A stretch of 64,000 nt of DNA, taken from the NCBI GenBank assembly GCA_964252035.1, contig OZ176200.1. The stretch is one strand, 5' to 3'. The notes below the pieces were generated by a model. That model was not told the origin of the DNA. It saw nothing but the letters and a program-made list of their open reading frames with translations, and did no database searches. Position numbers and translations under genes: made by a program. This document shows, one piece after another, positions 11,741-22,759 of the stretch (position 1 is the stretch's first letter; each line of letters starts with the position of its first letter). The DNA comes from Podarcis erhardii. Its lineage: Eukaryota.

Positions 11741-14306
11741 ACCATGGCTTAGCATAAATGTGTGAGTGTGCCAGTTCCCAAGGAGATTGTGACCATTTTG
11801 CTCCTTCCTGCATGTTTCATTGGCAGACTGGGCTAAGCTAAGCCATGGTTTGGCTAAACATGTCATCTGAACTGTGGCTTGTGGTTTAGTTGTCTCCAGG
11901 CTAACCATGAGCTGCAACCAAAGTCTGTTCTTGGTTTACAGCTTGCGGTTCATCTGGAGAGTGCAACACCACCAAATTGGGACAAGGCACTAAGTCAAAC
12001 CAATGCTTAGGTCAGCACGATGCAGCAGTAAAATGAGGAGCAAAGTAGCCACTATCACCTTCCCAGGAGATCACGCTAAGCCACAGTTTGGTTTAGCATG
12101 ATGCGCAAAAGCAGGCCACCAGTATCAACAGGAAATGTAAGCATATGTTTAATTCTGTTGCACAGAACTGCATGATGAGCTACACCGGCTGAAATCCCCT
12201 TTTCTACACAGATACTAAAGGAGCCCTGCCCTCTTTTTGGACCTGGTAACCCTACCATGGGTGCTAGCAAGTGACCTTAGCTTGGAACTTTGCACACCTA
12301 TTCCCTAACACCCAAACAGCTTGTTCTGGATGCTGAAGGGAAGGGCAGAGTGGCATCCGGCCCAAAGAGAAACCCAGAAGACTGTAGACTGATGGAGGCA
12401 GCTGGCACTGCAGCAGAGAGCAGAAAGGGTAGGGCAGGAGAAACAGCAACCCGAGAAGAGTGGACTCTATAGATGGCTGACACGCTGACAGAATCTGACG
12501 AGTGGATGGCTGGAGAAGAGGCCGTTCGAGCAAGCATTGAGCTTCACCTGACTGGAGCATACTGCGTGGTGATTGGCACAGGGTGGCCAGGTAATAAAAA
12601 AGGGCAAGGCTGTTGCACCTTGACTGTTTGTGTAGAAGAGGGGATTTTAGCAGGTGCAGTTTGCATGGCAACCAAAGGTGCAGAAATTCTATATTTTTCC
12701 CCACACTGGCCACCCAAGGCATGCATGCTCCTCCTGAAAAAGGACCTTGATTTATGTTCCTTAAGGTGTCTAGCAATTCTCCTCACCGGAAAACCTCAGT
12801 TTGTTTGACAAGAAAAGCCATGAATGAAATAATTGCAACTGGTGAAGAAACTGTCAAAAAGATCAAGGTTTTTTTTAAAAAATAAAATAATAATTTAAAA
12901 GCCACAAATGAAAACATTTCAACTGGCAATGCATGATTGTAAAGCAGGGAGGTGTCTTTAAATGAATCGATGGGTGGGTCAGGTAACGTGCAGTTCCACC
13001 CACAGCCAGAAATGGGTGTTGAAGCACTTTTAATAGCTGTGCTGCTTTGGGAGTCACCCACACTGCATTAATTGCCAGAAATGGCTTTAATAAGAGCAGT
13101 CGAAAGACTTTGCGAAATTTTCTCCAGTGATACATGCTGTCCCTAATGTCCCACTTTGAAGCCCAGCCCCTCTGCACCTCACAGCACTAGCAACTTATTT
13201 TCCTCAGCTGAAAGCATATGGTTTTCTGACTGGGATATGCAAGCTGTAGTCTTAAGCTCATGATTGCTACACGCTTCAGTACAGACCCAAAACATCCCTT
13301 GTTAAATATAGCACAGATTCTAGACATGTCTCTGCCGGTAACCCAGCCCTGATCTACTATGTGCTACTATTATTCTAGTACACACATCTACTTGAATGGA
13401 AATACAAAACCACCACCCCTTATATGCAGCTCCCCCCACTTCTCTCTCTCATATTCTCTGGGTCCCAGTCCACTGTTCCCCATACATTTTGCTCCTAGGC
13501 TATATTACCAGTATTTTGCTGCTCCCAAGCAGACACTGGCAAATTCTTCTGAACTGTGACCTAATAATCTATGCAAATTAGGTTTGGGATTAGGCCACTG
13601 AGGGAGCATTCATATGTGACTGAGGCTACCCCTCTGGGCTCAGGAAGCAAGCAGAGCAGGCTCCATTTCCCTTATAACAGCTCTTTTGAGAAGATGCCTG
13701 AACCCGTGCCAGCTGCCGCCTTTAAACCTTCCCTCTCAGCTTCTTCATTTCAGAAGCGTAGGATTGCTTCCAGGGTTGACGATATCCACAGCTCATGCTG
13801 ATCTAGCAACCACAAACGTCACTTTAGTCATGTTTTAATGACACAAAGAGCTGGTGTGGCGGGTTCAAATCCCCACTCAGCCACGAAGCTCGCTAGGCGA
13901 CCTTGGGCCAGCCCCTGCATTGTTGTGAGGATAAGGTGGTGAGGGGGGCAGAACCCCACATGCCACACTGCCCATTTATAGGTGGGCTATAAATGCAATA
14001 GTAAATAAAGAAATAATAAACTAAACATATGATTCACAGGAAGTGTTCTCAGAATAATCATGGCACAGTGCATGTGGTATAAGGCTGGAGACATTCCACA
14101 TTGGCACCAACATTCCACATGGAATAAAATGCCGTTGTATCCTTACTACAATCCTGTGAGGTTAGGATGGGCTGAGGGGGATGATTGGCCCAACACCGTC
14201 CAGCGAACTTTATAACTAAGTGGGAATTTGAACTTGGATACTTGAGAGGGCTTTTGCTTGCCATTGCACATACATATTCCTTTGATCCTGCTATAATCCA
14301 GGATCA

Positions 14307-14458
14307 ATCATAGAATCATAGCATTGTAGAGTTGGAAGTGACCATGAGAGTCATCTGGCCCAACTGCCTGCAATGCAGGAATCTTTTGCTCAATGTGGGG
14401 CTTAAACCCACGAACCTGAGATTAAGAGTCTAATGTTTTACCAACTGAGCTATCCCAG
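14307..14458 (-). mobile_element. tRNA-Lys(CTT)-derived SINE with CR1-type 3' tail
   Basis: Head GATAGCTCAGTTGGTAAAACATTAGACTCTTAATCTCAGGTTCGTGGGTTTAAGCCCCAC resembles tRNA-Lys-CTT; tail CTTCCAACTCTACAATGCTATGATTCTATGAT matches the CR1 3' end at 36464. Confidence 0.8.
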
Positions 14459-14599
14459 AAGTCTGTATAAAAACCTGGAAAACCTTTTTCCCCCAGAGCT
14501 GAAAGTTAGGTGATTGGCAGGCCCACCATTTTCAAACCACCTTCAACTCTCTGGAAAAACAACAACACTATGGCTTGTCTTCTGCTTAGGTAAAGTGAT

Positions 14600-15060
14600 T
14601 GTTCCGAGGAGACACTGTGAAGCACCAGGGTACAGCTTGCATATCGCCATCATGGAATTCTTCAGAAGAGTGAAGAATTATGAAGACTCCCATTCATCAC
14701 TTGTGGTGGCCCTCAAGCAAGCGCCTTGAGAGTGCATGGGCGCCACAGCCAGGCTCCATTCTTGTAGTGACAGTACATGAGCATGGATGCCTCTATAGGT
14801 GGGGTTGCTTTAATCAGGCGTACTGCAGTGGTGGACATGTACATAGCCCCGTTGTGGAGGCACCAGTTCACAAACATTGCACCTATGCATGAGTGCTGCT
14901 AGGCTGCAAGCCAAGAGGTGGTCCCAAGGCGCTGGTGCGATAGGAGGCCACATGACACCTAGGTCCTACCTCCAAGCAGAGGAACACTGCACAGGTCTTT
15001 CTCAAGGACATTAATCCCAGGAAGCCCTGCAAGATTCTGTCTCTTTCTTCTGCAACCTGC
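14600..15060 (-). mobile_element. Possible degraded DIRS-type retrotransposon (RT/RNase H) relic
   Basis: Minus-strand 14772-14735 reads VTTRMEPGCGAH, resembling the DIRS RNase H motif TTDASxxGWGA; upstream ILQGFLGLMS is weakly similar to the DIRS RT C-terminus. Very decayed. Confidence 0.25.
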
Positions 15061-15387
15061 TCATTAAGTCAATATGGGTCACCAGCTTCCTTGCAGGCAC
15101 CCTTGCAGCTTCCAGCCCTACTGATCCTAACTAGTCTTTGCCGGCTTGGCAAATAAGCAAATCCCACTGAAGGCTACCCTTTGTTTAAAAAAAAAAAATA
15201 CATGTGAGATGTGCAGAGACTTTGGAACTGGGCATTCTTCCTGCTGGGCTCTCTGGCAGAGCACAAGACACACATTTGGCAGTGCACAGCATTTTCAGAG
15301 AAGTGAACCGGAATCAAGCGCCACATCCAGCTGGTTTCACCAAGAAAGAGGGAGAAGGAAATCCAACCGGAGAGGAGCAGGTCTTAC

Positions 15388-15508
15388 CAGTGTCAGAAGC
15401 AGGGACAGACTTGGTCAGGATGATGTCCGAAATGACGGCTATAGTACCAAAGGAGAATATCATGGGGGGCACAATGAGGCAATAATGGAAAATGTTGGTC
15501 ATCAGGGC
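15388..15508 (-). CDS. SLC22A18: SLC22A18 coding exon (121 bp, phase 0 to 1)
   Basis: CCCAG|GCC...ACT G|GTAAGA; ALMTNIFHYCLIVPPMIFSFGTIAVISDIILTKSVPASDT(G) vs human AWMSSVFHFCLLVPGLVFSLCTLNVVTDSMLIKAVSTSDTG. Confidence 0.93.
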
Positions 15509-15573
15509 CTGGGAGATGGGACAAAGCAGGAAAGCCTGTTAGAATGCCAGCTTTAGAATACAACAAAGGCAGC

Positions 15574-15576
<3 letters not shown>

Positions 15577-15606
<30 letters not shown>
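15577..15606. repeat. (GT)15 microsatellite
   Basis: Direct reading. Confidence 0.97.
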
Positions 15607-15608
<2 letters not shown>

Positions 15609-17225
15609 CAGTACCCAGGAAGACTTGGATAAAGAAAAAACATTGCAAAACATAAGTGTGACAAGGCCCACAGAGCCAAAACTTGCCAATACAGAGGAGT
15701 AGCTCTGCTCTACACCAGTCATGTTTGGCTGACAAAAAGGGACAGGTTTTTTTTTGTTTTTGTTTTTTTTTAAAGAGCTGAAAGTCAATTGATTGAAGGA
15801 TGGAACCTTATTAAATAAAAGACAGCCACTAGGTTCCTTAGATCTGAAACAGGCAGCTACTGACTTGATTCTGTAGTTTAGTAGCCATTTTTTGGTAAGG
15901 TAGCTTATTGTTAGGTGTTAATAAAATGAACCTATATGTTCTGATTAGTGCCAGTGTCACAACCAAACATCTGAAGGCATTTGGATTTCAGAAAGGAGAG
16001 AGGCCACCTGACTTTAAAAAAAGCATTTGTCACAAGTTCACTTAATGAGCCAGCAAAGAAATTCTTTTATCTCCCATCTTAAGCTTTGGTGCGTCATACA
16101 GTGATTTCTTACAGAGAAACCTTCGGAAGACACTGCAAAGCAATTTGAAAGGAGAGAGGAACTTCTGTCTGTATCTTTAAGTATTGGAGGGCAGTGGGAA
16201 AGTGGTGTGCATGTGTGAGCACAGAACAAGTGGCCAGCTTCACACTGGGTAGTCTCTCTCATGGGTGCAGGCTGCAGATGTCAGCTGGAATGACCATCTA
16301 CTCAGCAATGGTATCTTTGCAAAGCAATAGGATCCTGCAACACCCACCTGCCAGCTCCTCCATCACCTCCCAGTGCTTAAAGATACTGGCATGAAGTTCC
16401 CTTCTCAATCACCACTTAGTGGCTGCTAAAGGTTTCATCCTGTGAACCACCTCAAGAGCTACAGCTGTTTTTAAGATTCTTCCATGATGTGATGTGCAGT
16501 TGCAGTGCAGTTTCCCCCAATGGTATACACATGTAAAAGCACACACACACAAAAAACACCCTCCAAAAGTGGGTTCCAAAGGCTTCAATTGGTTTTTAAA
16601 CAATGTTGTGGGGAAGAAATATGCCAGCCATGTGTCACATCTAGCTCAGCCTTCGCAGGGGCAATTTAAACAGCAGAGAGAGCTGTAAAGTGGTCTCATT
16701 CAAGTGCTCATTACTAGCCCAAGACTGCCTGCACAATATTTACCAGCAATGTATTAGCACAGATAATTAAAGCCAAACTGTGCTTGTCAAAACAAACGAG
16801 CAGCAGCGCATTACAGAGTGCAGAACTGGTGTGTGTGTGTGCGACCTGTCTGGCCTGCTCACTTGCTAATGAATCAATTGAACGTTTGTCAGCCAGAATG
16901 TCTCTCAAGTATAAATGCAAATCAGTGTGCCTAAGAAGTGAATGTAATTATTTTCTTATCGTGCAGCTGCTCAAAGATCCTTCCAGATCTTTATCACCAA
17001 AACAAAAGCACTGAAGACATGCTTAGGCAGAGACTCTGAATTTGGGAATGCACTCATAACCCACCTCCAGAACTGCAGGGACCATCACTCTGTATACTTT
17101 GCCTTCCAAAGGTCTCAGATTCAACCCCTGGTTATTAGTACTGGGTTGAAGGCGATTGGATAGACCTCTTATTCCTGAGACACTGGGGAGCTGCTCTGTT
17201 CAGGAGATCCATCACTGGACTAGAA

Positions 17226-17361
17226 CAGGCTTCCTCAACCTCGGCCCTCCAGATATTTTTGGCCTGCAACTCCCATGATCCCTAGCTAGCAGGACCAGTG
17301 GTCAGGGATGATGGGAATTGTAGTCTCAAAACATCTGGAGGGCTGAGGTTGAGGAAGCCTG
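17226..17361. mobile_element. hAT/Charlie-type palindromic MITE
   Basis: TIR CAGGCTTCCTCAACC...GGTTGAGGAAGCCTG; 8-bp TSD GACTAGAA/GGTTAGAA (6/8). Related cores occur at about 3630, 7250, 28330, 42430, 49170 and 53380. Confidence 0.8.
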
Positions 17362-20142
17362 GGTTAGAAGGACAAATTGCCTGACCATACATTTAAAGCA
17401 CTCCCCTAAAGAATCTTGGGAAATAAGATGCTGGGAAGTATAACTCTTGTGAAGAGTAAACTACAGTTCCCAGGATTCTTTCAGGTATGAGTATCCTGCT
17501 TTAAATGTATGGTGTGGTAGCCAATTGACCTACCTTATTGGTGGTGTGTTTGTTAGGGACTGCCCAGCAGGGCCTTTTTCAGAGGTGGCCCCCTGGTTGT
17601 AGAATGGCCTCCCTAGTGAAGCGTGCCGGTCTCCATTGTTATTAAGTTTCAAGAGGATTTTGAAAACATTCACTTTTATCCAGGCACTTGGTGGCTGAAG
17701 AGTACTGTCCCTGGCAACTCCAAGATAATTGGGTGGACCTGCTTTTAGAATATTTTTTTACTGTAATTGTTTTTAGAATCTTTTCTTTCAGATTGTGCAT
17801 CTGTGTGCTGCCCTGGGGTCATTGGGGAGGAAGGGCAGGGTATAAATTTGATAAATAAAACCAATAAGTGATAATAAGGCGGCTTCTTACATTCTTTGTT
17901 TGGTAGTCAACTTTCGATCTCTCAGGGAGTCTGGAAAGATATAGGTGTGTTTGCCCACACCCAGCTTTTCAAGTAGCTTTGGGAACAACCCTTTAAATCT
18001 ATATCTCCTTTCAAAGTGTAGGTGGGTTAGTAGAAGTTTTTACTGTTAGACGCCTTATGCGCAGTAACACACCACTTGCCTTTTCACCTTTTAATATCCA
18101 GTGGGGGAGAGGGGGGGGGAGCCCCCAAATACTGCTGTCACTTCCTGCAGATATTTTGACAAGGTATTGACCATGAGTGGGTGGCCACAACAATTTAAAA
18201 CCATAGCCATGATAAACTGAAAAAAGAGCACAGGTAAAAGAGGTGGTGCCAAAGGCTGAGGAGGACCCTCAAATGGTGGCTCTCAAAGCTCAGGGTTCAA
18301 GCTTCACCTGCCCACCTGACCTGATCTGCTGCTGCATCTACCATTTGCCTGTGGCCAGAAGACTTTGTAAATCAATAGGATTTTTTTTTGTAAGCAAAAC
18401 AAAACTGCTTGCTGCCTTCTTCATTGCAATTGCCCTCACAGCACCTTGAGATCTTGAGATGGGGGGAAATTGCAAGAAGTCCCAAACTGCTTCAAACAAG
18501 ATTTCTGTGTGACACCTGAGGACAAAAGGCATGCGTAGTGTATCATATCTGAACAGTGCATGGTGGCTCCCCCCCCCCCTTTAACATTTTGACATGGCAG
18601 CGAAAACGTTGCTCGGGAGAAATTGAGTCTGACTACAAATGTTTTAAAGAGATAAGCAGCCCATGAAGTTTAAGGATGACACTTGAGGTTTGCATTTCAT
18701 ATCAAACCTTATACCGTCTCCCTAAACAGATCTGAGGGGGACACTCATTAAGGATATTTAGGTGCAAGATTAAAACTCAAGTCTTTAAAATGATTCTTTA
18801 GCTCTTTTTATTGGTTTTTATTGCTGCTTCATTGACTATTGCTGAAATATTTTGGAAGGCTTAATAAAAAGTATTAATAAGGAAAAAGCAATTACTGATG
18901 GTGAAATTTAAAATTTTAATTGGGCTGTTCATATATTTGGTCAAATATTTGTCCATCTAGGCCAGCACTGTCTACTCTGACTGGCAGGGTCTCTCCGGGG
19001 TCTCAGTCAGAAGTCTTTCCTATTATCTGCAACTCATTCTCTTTACTGGAGATTCCAGGGGTCGAACCTCAGACTTTCTGCATGAACTATGTGGCCTTCC
19101 CCAAACCATAGTTTCTTCCTAAGGAAGCCATTGGATCTGGGCTGGTTTGGAAGGCAATGAGGCTGAACTCTGGCTGATTTGGAGCACCCTGTTCATTACT
19201 GCTCTCTATTTCCCATTATTTTTTCCTTCATCTGCTACCCTAAACCTTTGCTGGGATTCTTTTCAGTGCAGCTGGCCTCTCTGTTAATTTCAGCTCTACA
19301 TATTTTGGAGGCCACTGAAAGGAAGTGATTAGTTTGGGTGGGGGTTGTAACTGGAGATCTTTGTTAAATGTCCTCCTCATAAAAGAGCTGCAGAGCTCAT
19401 AAAATTGTTTTTATGTCAGCAGATATATAAACTGCACGCTTAGTTCAGACAGGGATATTCCTGAAGCTCTGGCCAAGTTGCGGCAAGATCGCTTTTCCCC
19501 CATGAAGAAACCCAGCACATAAACCGCCCCCAGAGATGGGATATTTTCTTGGCAGGTCCTTGATTATAAAGCTTTTTTCCCTTGCAAACAGCGCTGCAGC
19601 TGTAGTTTCCTATCAATAGTTGTCATTTCTGGGCCCTTTAAGGCCTCTATGGCAGTGAGGAGAGCCTTGTGGAAAAAATGATTGTAATCTCTGAACCAAG
19701 TTGATAGCAGAGATCCTAGGTGCTGCTGGCAGAAACCGGTTTGGGTGCTCCACCATAGAGGTAACATGCTGTGATTAGCATGACCCGTTGAAAAAAAAGA
19801 GAGAGGTCCTGCCCCTTTAAAAGTTGTGTCGAAGGTGTAATTTCAGCAGGTATCACTTGCATGGCAACTGTTAAAAGCGCAGGAGCCCCATCCTCTTTTG
19901 CAGCCCAACTCTGTTTCCAAGTTGCGCAGCATCCAAATAGCTTGCTGCAATAGCCAAATCGGGTAAGTAAGGGTTAACATCTACTGCCTACCTGCAGTCA
20001 TGGAACCAAAGAAAGCATGTTCCTGTTTCCAGTCACTGACCAGAGCAAGGTGGTGGCCTCATGACTTTTCAAACACATGGTTAGTGGTAATATTCAAACC
20101 ATGATCTGAAGCAGACTTTGCAACCATAGTTGCCAGGGTAAC

Positions 20143-20579
20143 CAGGGCCGGATTTAGGTTTGATGAGGCCCTAAGCTACTGAAACTAATGGGGCCCTTTA
20201 TATGTCCAGCTGTCCTTTGTCAACAACAAATTGTCGCTGTTTTTTGTGTTGAATATATGCTATATGGTAATTTATGGACCTAATAGGTATCTAAAGCCAT
20301 TTGCACATAACAAAATATGTATTTTATCAAAGTAATTGTTGAACTGAAATACAATTAAGGAGAAGTATATTAATAGTGAAATACAATTAAGAAGAAGTAT
20401 ATTAATAGTGAAATAATTATTAAGCTCTAACTTTATGTAGGTTTTATTTTATTTGTTTCTTATCTTATATTTTGGAAATGTACATCCAGGTTGTTTTTTT
20501 CCTTTACATTTTTGGGGGCCCCCAAGAGAGTGAGGCCCTAAGCTATAGCTTGTTTAGCTTATACATAAATCCAGCACTG
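20143..20579. mobile_element. Non-autonomous hAT element
   Basis: Perfect 8-bp TSD AGGGTAAC (20135-20142 and 20580-20587); ends CAGGGCCGGATTTA...TAAATCCAGCACTG. Confidence 0.85.
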
Positions 20580-21186
20580 AGGGTAACCATAATTTTCTGC
20601 CACTATTGCACCTGGAAATGAAGGGGGAATCTGAAAGGGGAGCTCTTGAGTCTGCAGTACATTCCCATCTTCCAACTGATGGTTTGGAGGATCAACCACA
20701 TTGAATCTAGTGTGGTTAGATGTATTTTTTGCCCTTCTGGACAATGTAACGCAAACAGCAGAAGTTTGATTACACCTTTTTTTTAAAAAAAATGTTGGCT
20801 TTTATATTTTCTCTCAACCCAGGAGATTCTGGCAAGATTTGGGGAAATCCATTCCAAGCAAAGCATCCTTTAACTTGCAAATATTTTTAAAATTCCAGGA
20901 GGAAGTAAAGGCTTAAATCATCCCCCGCTTGTTTGTCCTAGTTGGACCATGATAGGAAGCAGACTGTTGATCTGGAAGCCTGGTAGAGCTTTTGGTCATA
21001 ACACAAACACACATGGGAGAAAATTGAAAAATGTGTGAATGGACCACCACTAATATAACACAGCAGACAAAACTCCCAGATTATGTCAAACACAATACTT
21101 TTCATATGTTCACTTGCATAGCATCAAGTGTAGAGTATTCAAAAGCACAGCCTTATCAGGTAATGTATGTGTGTCTGGTACCTTAC

Positions 21187-21288
21187 CATACCAACACCCA
21201 CTCCGCAGAAGACAAGGACGCACAACATGAGCAGAGTCCACTCTGAATAACGACTTGTCAATCTCCCAATTACTAGGCCCTGGACAAC
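21187..21288 (-). CDS. SLC22A18: SLC22A18 coding exon (102 bp, phase 0 to 0; not in the ORF track)
   Basis: TTTCCATAG|GTT...ATG|GTAAGG; VVQGLVIGRLTSRYSEWTLLMLCVLVFCGVGVGM vs human VTQGLVIGQLSSHFSEEVLLRASVLVFIVVGLAM. Confidence 0.93.
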
Positions 21289-22349
21289 CTATGGAAAGAG
21301 AGGGCAGAGACATAGACAATGTCAAATTCTCAGATGCTTCTAGCCCAGAGTGTATTTTTGTTTTTGTACACTAACAAGGCCCAGAAACTCAGTGTTGTAT
21401 CTGTGAGTGTCATCTGTCAGAACAGACTGTTGGACTAGCTGGGTCATTGGCTTGAGGCATCAGGCTTGATCTTCTTAAGTCCATGTGCATGTCTGTGGGC
21501 ACATGAAACAACTCTACGCTGCAGATCAATGTGTATGGCCCTGAACACTGCCTGGATAGAGACCACCTGGGATCACTTTGAAGGCAGAGCAAGCTTGCAA
21601 ACGTAGGAAAAGAGGAAATGAGACGGCGCAACCTAATCCTGAAAATAGTTCTTAAATGCACAGATCTCCTGGGAGGTTCTTCCTCTAGGTGTGCCATTTC
21701 ACTATATGAGTAATTATAGGGTTTGGGGTTTAATTATATTCCCCTCACCCTGCCCTAAGGGATGGCTCCCAAGTTCCCTAGACATACTTTCTAATAAACT
21801 CAGTTCCACGTTGACACTATGCCAATTCAGAGGGGAGAAGTTCTTGTTAATGAAGCCTTATAGCTGGGGCCATGGGAAACTTTCTGGTTTGTGTGGCCAC
21901 TTGAGCTTTATTGCAGTTGGTACATGGACCTGAGTTGCATGAGTGTCACAGGTCCCCGGAACTCTTTAGTAAGCTCACTCGTGACCGGTGGGAGACGCAG
22001 CTCCCATCTTGTCTGCCCGCATCATTCCATGAGTATTCATATTTTTGTCAAATTTCATTAGTTTTCATTACTTTTGAAATGAAAAATAAATCCTTGCAGG
22101 TTGTGCACTCATCTACTACAAAACATCCAGGCTTATCCAATTGATCCTCTTTTAAAACAACCACCACCACATCAAAACTACAGCAAAACTGTAGCAAACC
22201 ACAGCAGGCCTAGCCACATATGTCGATGCCTCGATATTGAATAATTCTTTGTTGTTGAAAGTGTAACAGCAGGGATCATTCAGTTTGTAACAGAAAGGGT
22301 TAATTTTAGTTCCAGTGTCAGTGAACTACCCAAGGGAGGTGGTGATGGT

Positions 22350-22413
22350 GTTGCTAAGCAACCATTTAGATTGGCATGATCTTCACTGAGGTAACATGCG
22401 TGCTGATTGGCTG
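22350..22413. promoter_or_regulatory. RFX X-box plus two CCAAT (NF-Y) boxes; promoter/enhancer-like module
   Basis: Palindromic GTTGCTAAGCAAC at 22350-22362; ATTGG at 22370-22374 and CTGATTGGCTG around 22406. Function is not shown. Confidence 0.35.
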
Positions 22414-22565
22414 CGGAGTTCTGAGGGAGCTTTTCTCTGCATGCTTTAGATGGATACTTAACTCTGTTCTTATCAAGGCTTAACCTAAAAGACAAAACCT
22501 CACTGTTCTGTTATCCTCAAATTATATATTGTTTTTGTTCAGTTTGGTTAGTAAACTTATCGGTA

Positions 22566-22759
22566 CAGTGGTACCTCTGGTTACGAATGGGATCTGTTCC
22601 AGAGGCCCAGCCGTATCCTGAAAAATTCGTAACCGGAGGACCGCTTCTGTGCACAGCGCCGCAAAGCGCTTCAGCGCACGCTTGAGCGGCAAACCCACTT
22701 CTGCGTTCACAACCCGAAGATTACGTTACCTGAAGATAACATAACCTGAGGGTCCACTG
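22566..22759. mobile_element. Tc1/mariner-type MITE
   Basis: TA|CAGTGGTACCTC...GAGGGTCCACTG|TA. Confidence 0.8.

Noticed and set aside
12264-12808. ORFs of 170 and 111 aa
   Set aside because: They overlap two oppositely oriented MITE relics; no homology recognised.
14385-14458. tRNA-Lys gene
   Set aside because: Degenerate B-box and acceptor stem, and fused to a CR1-type tail; it is a SINE head.
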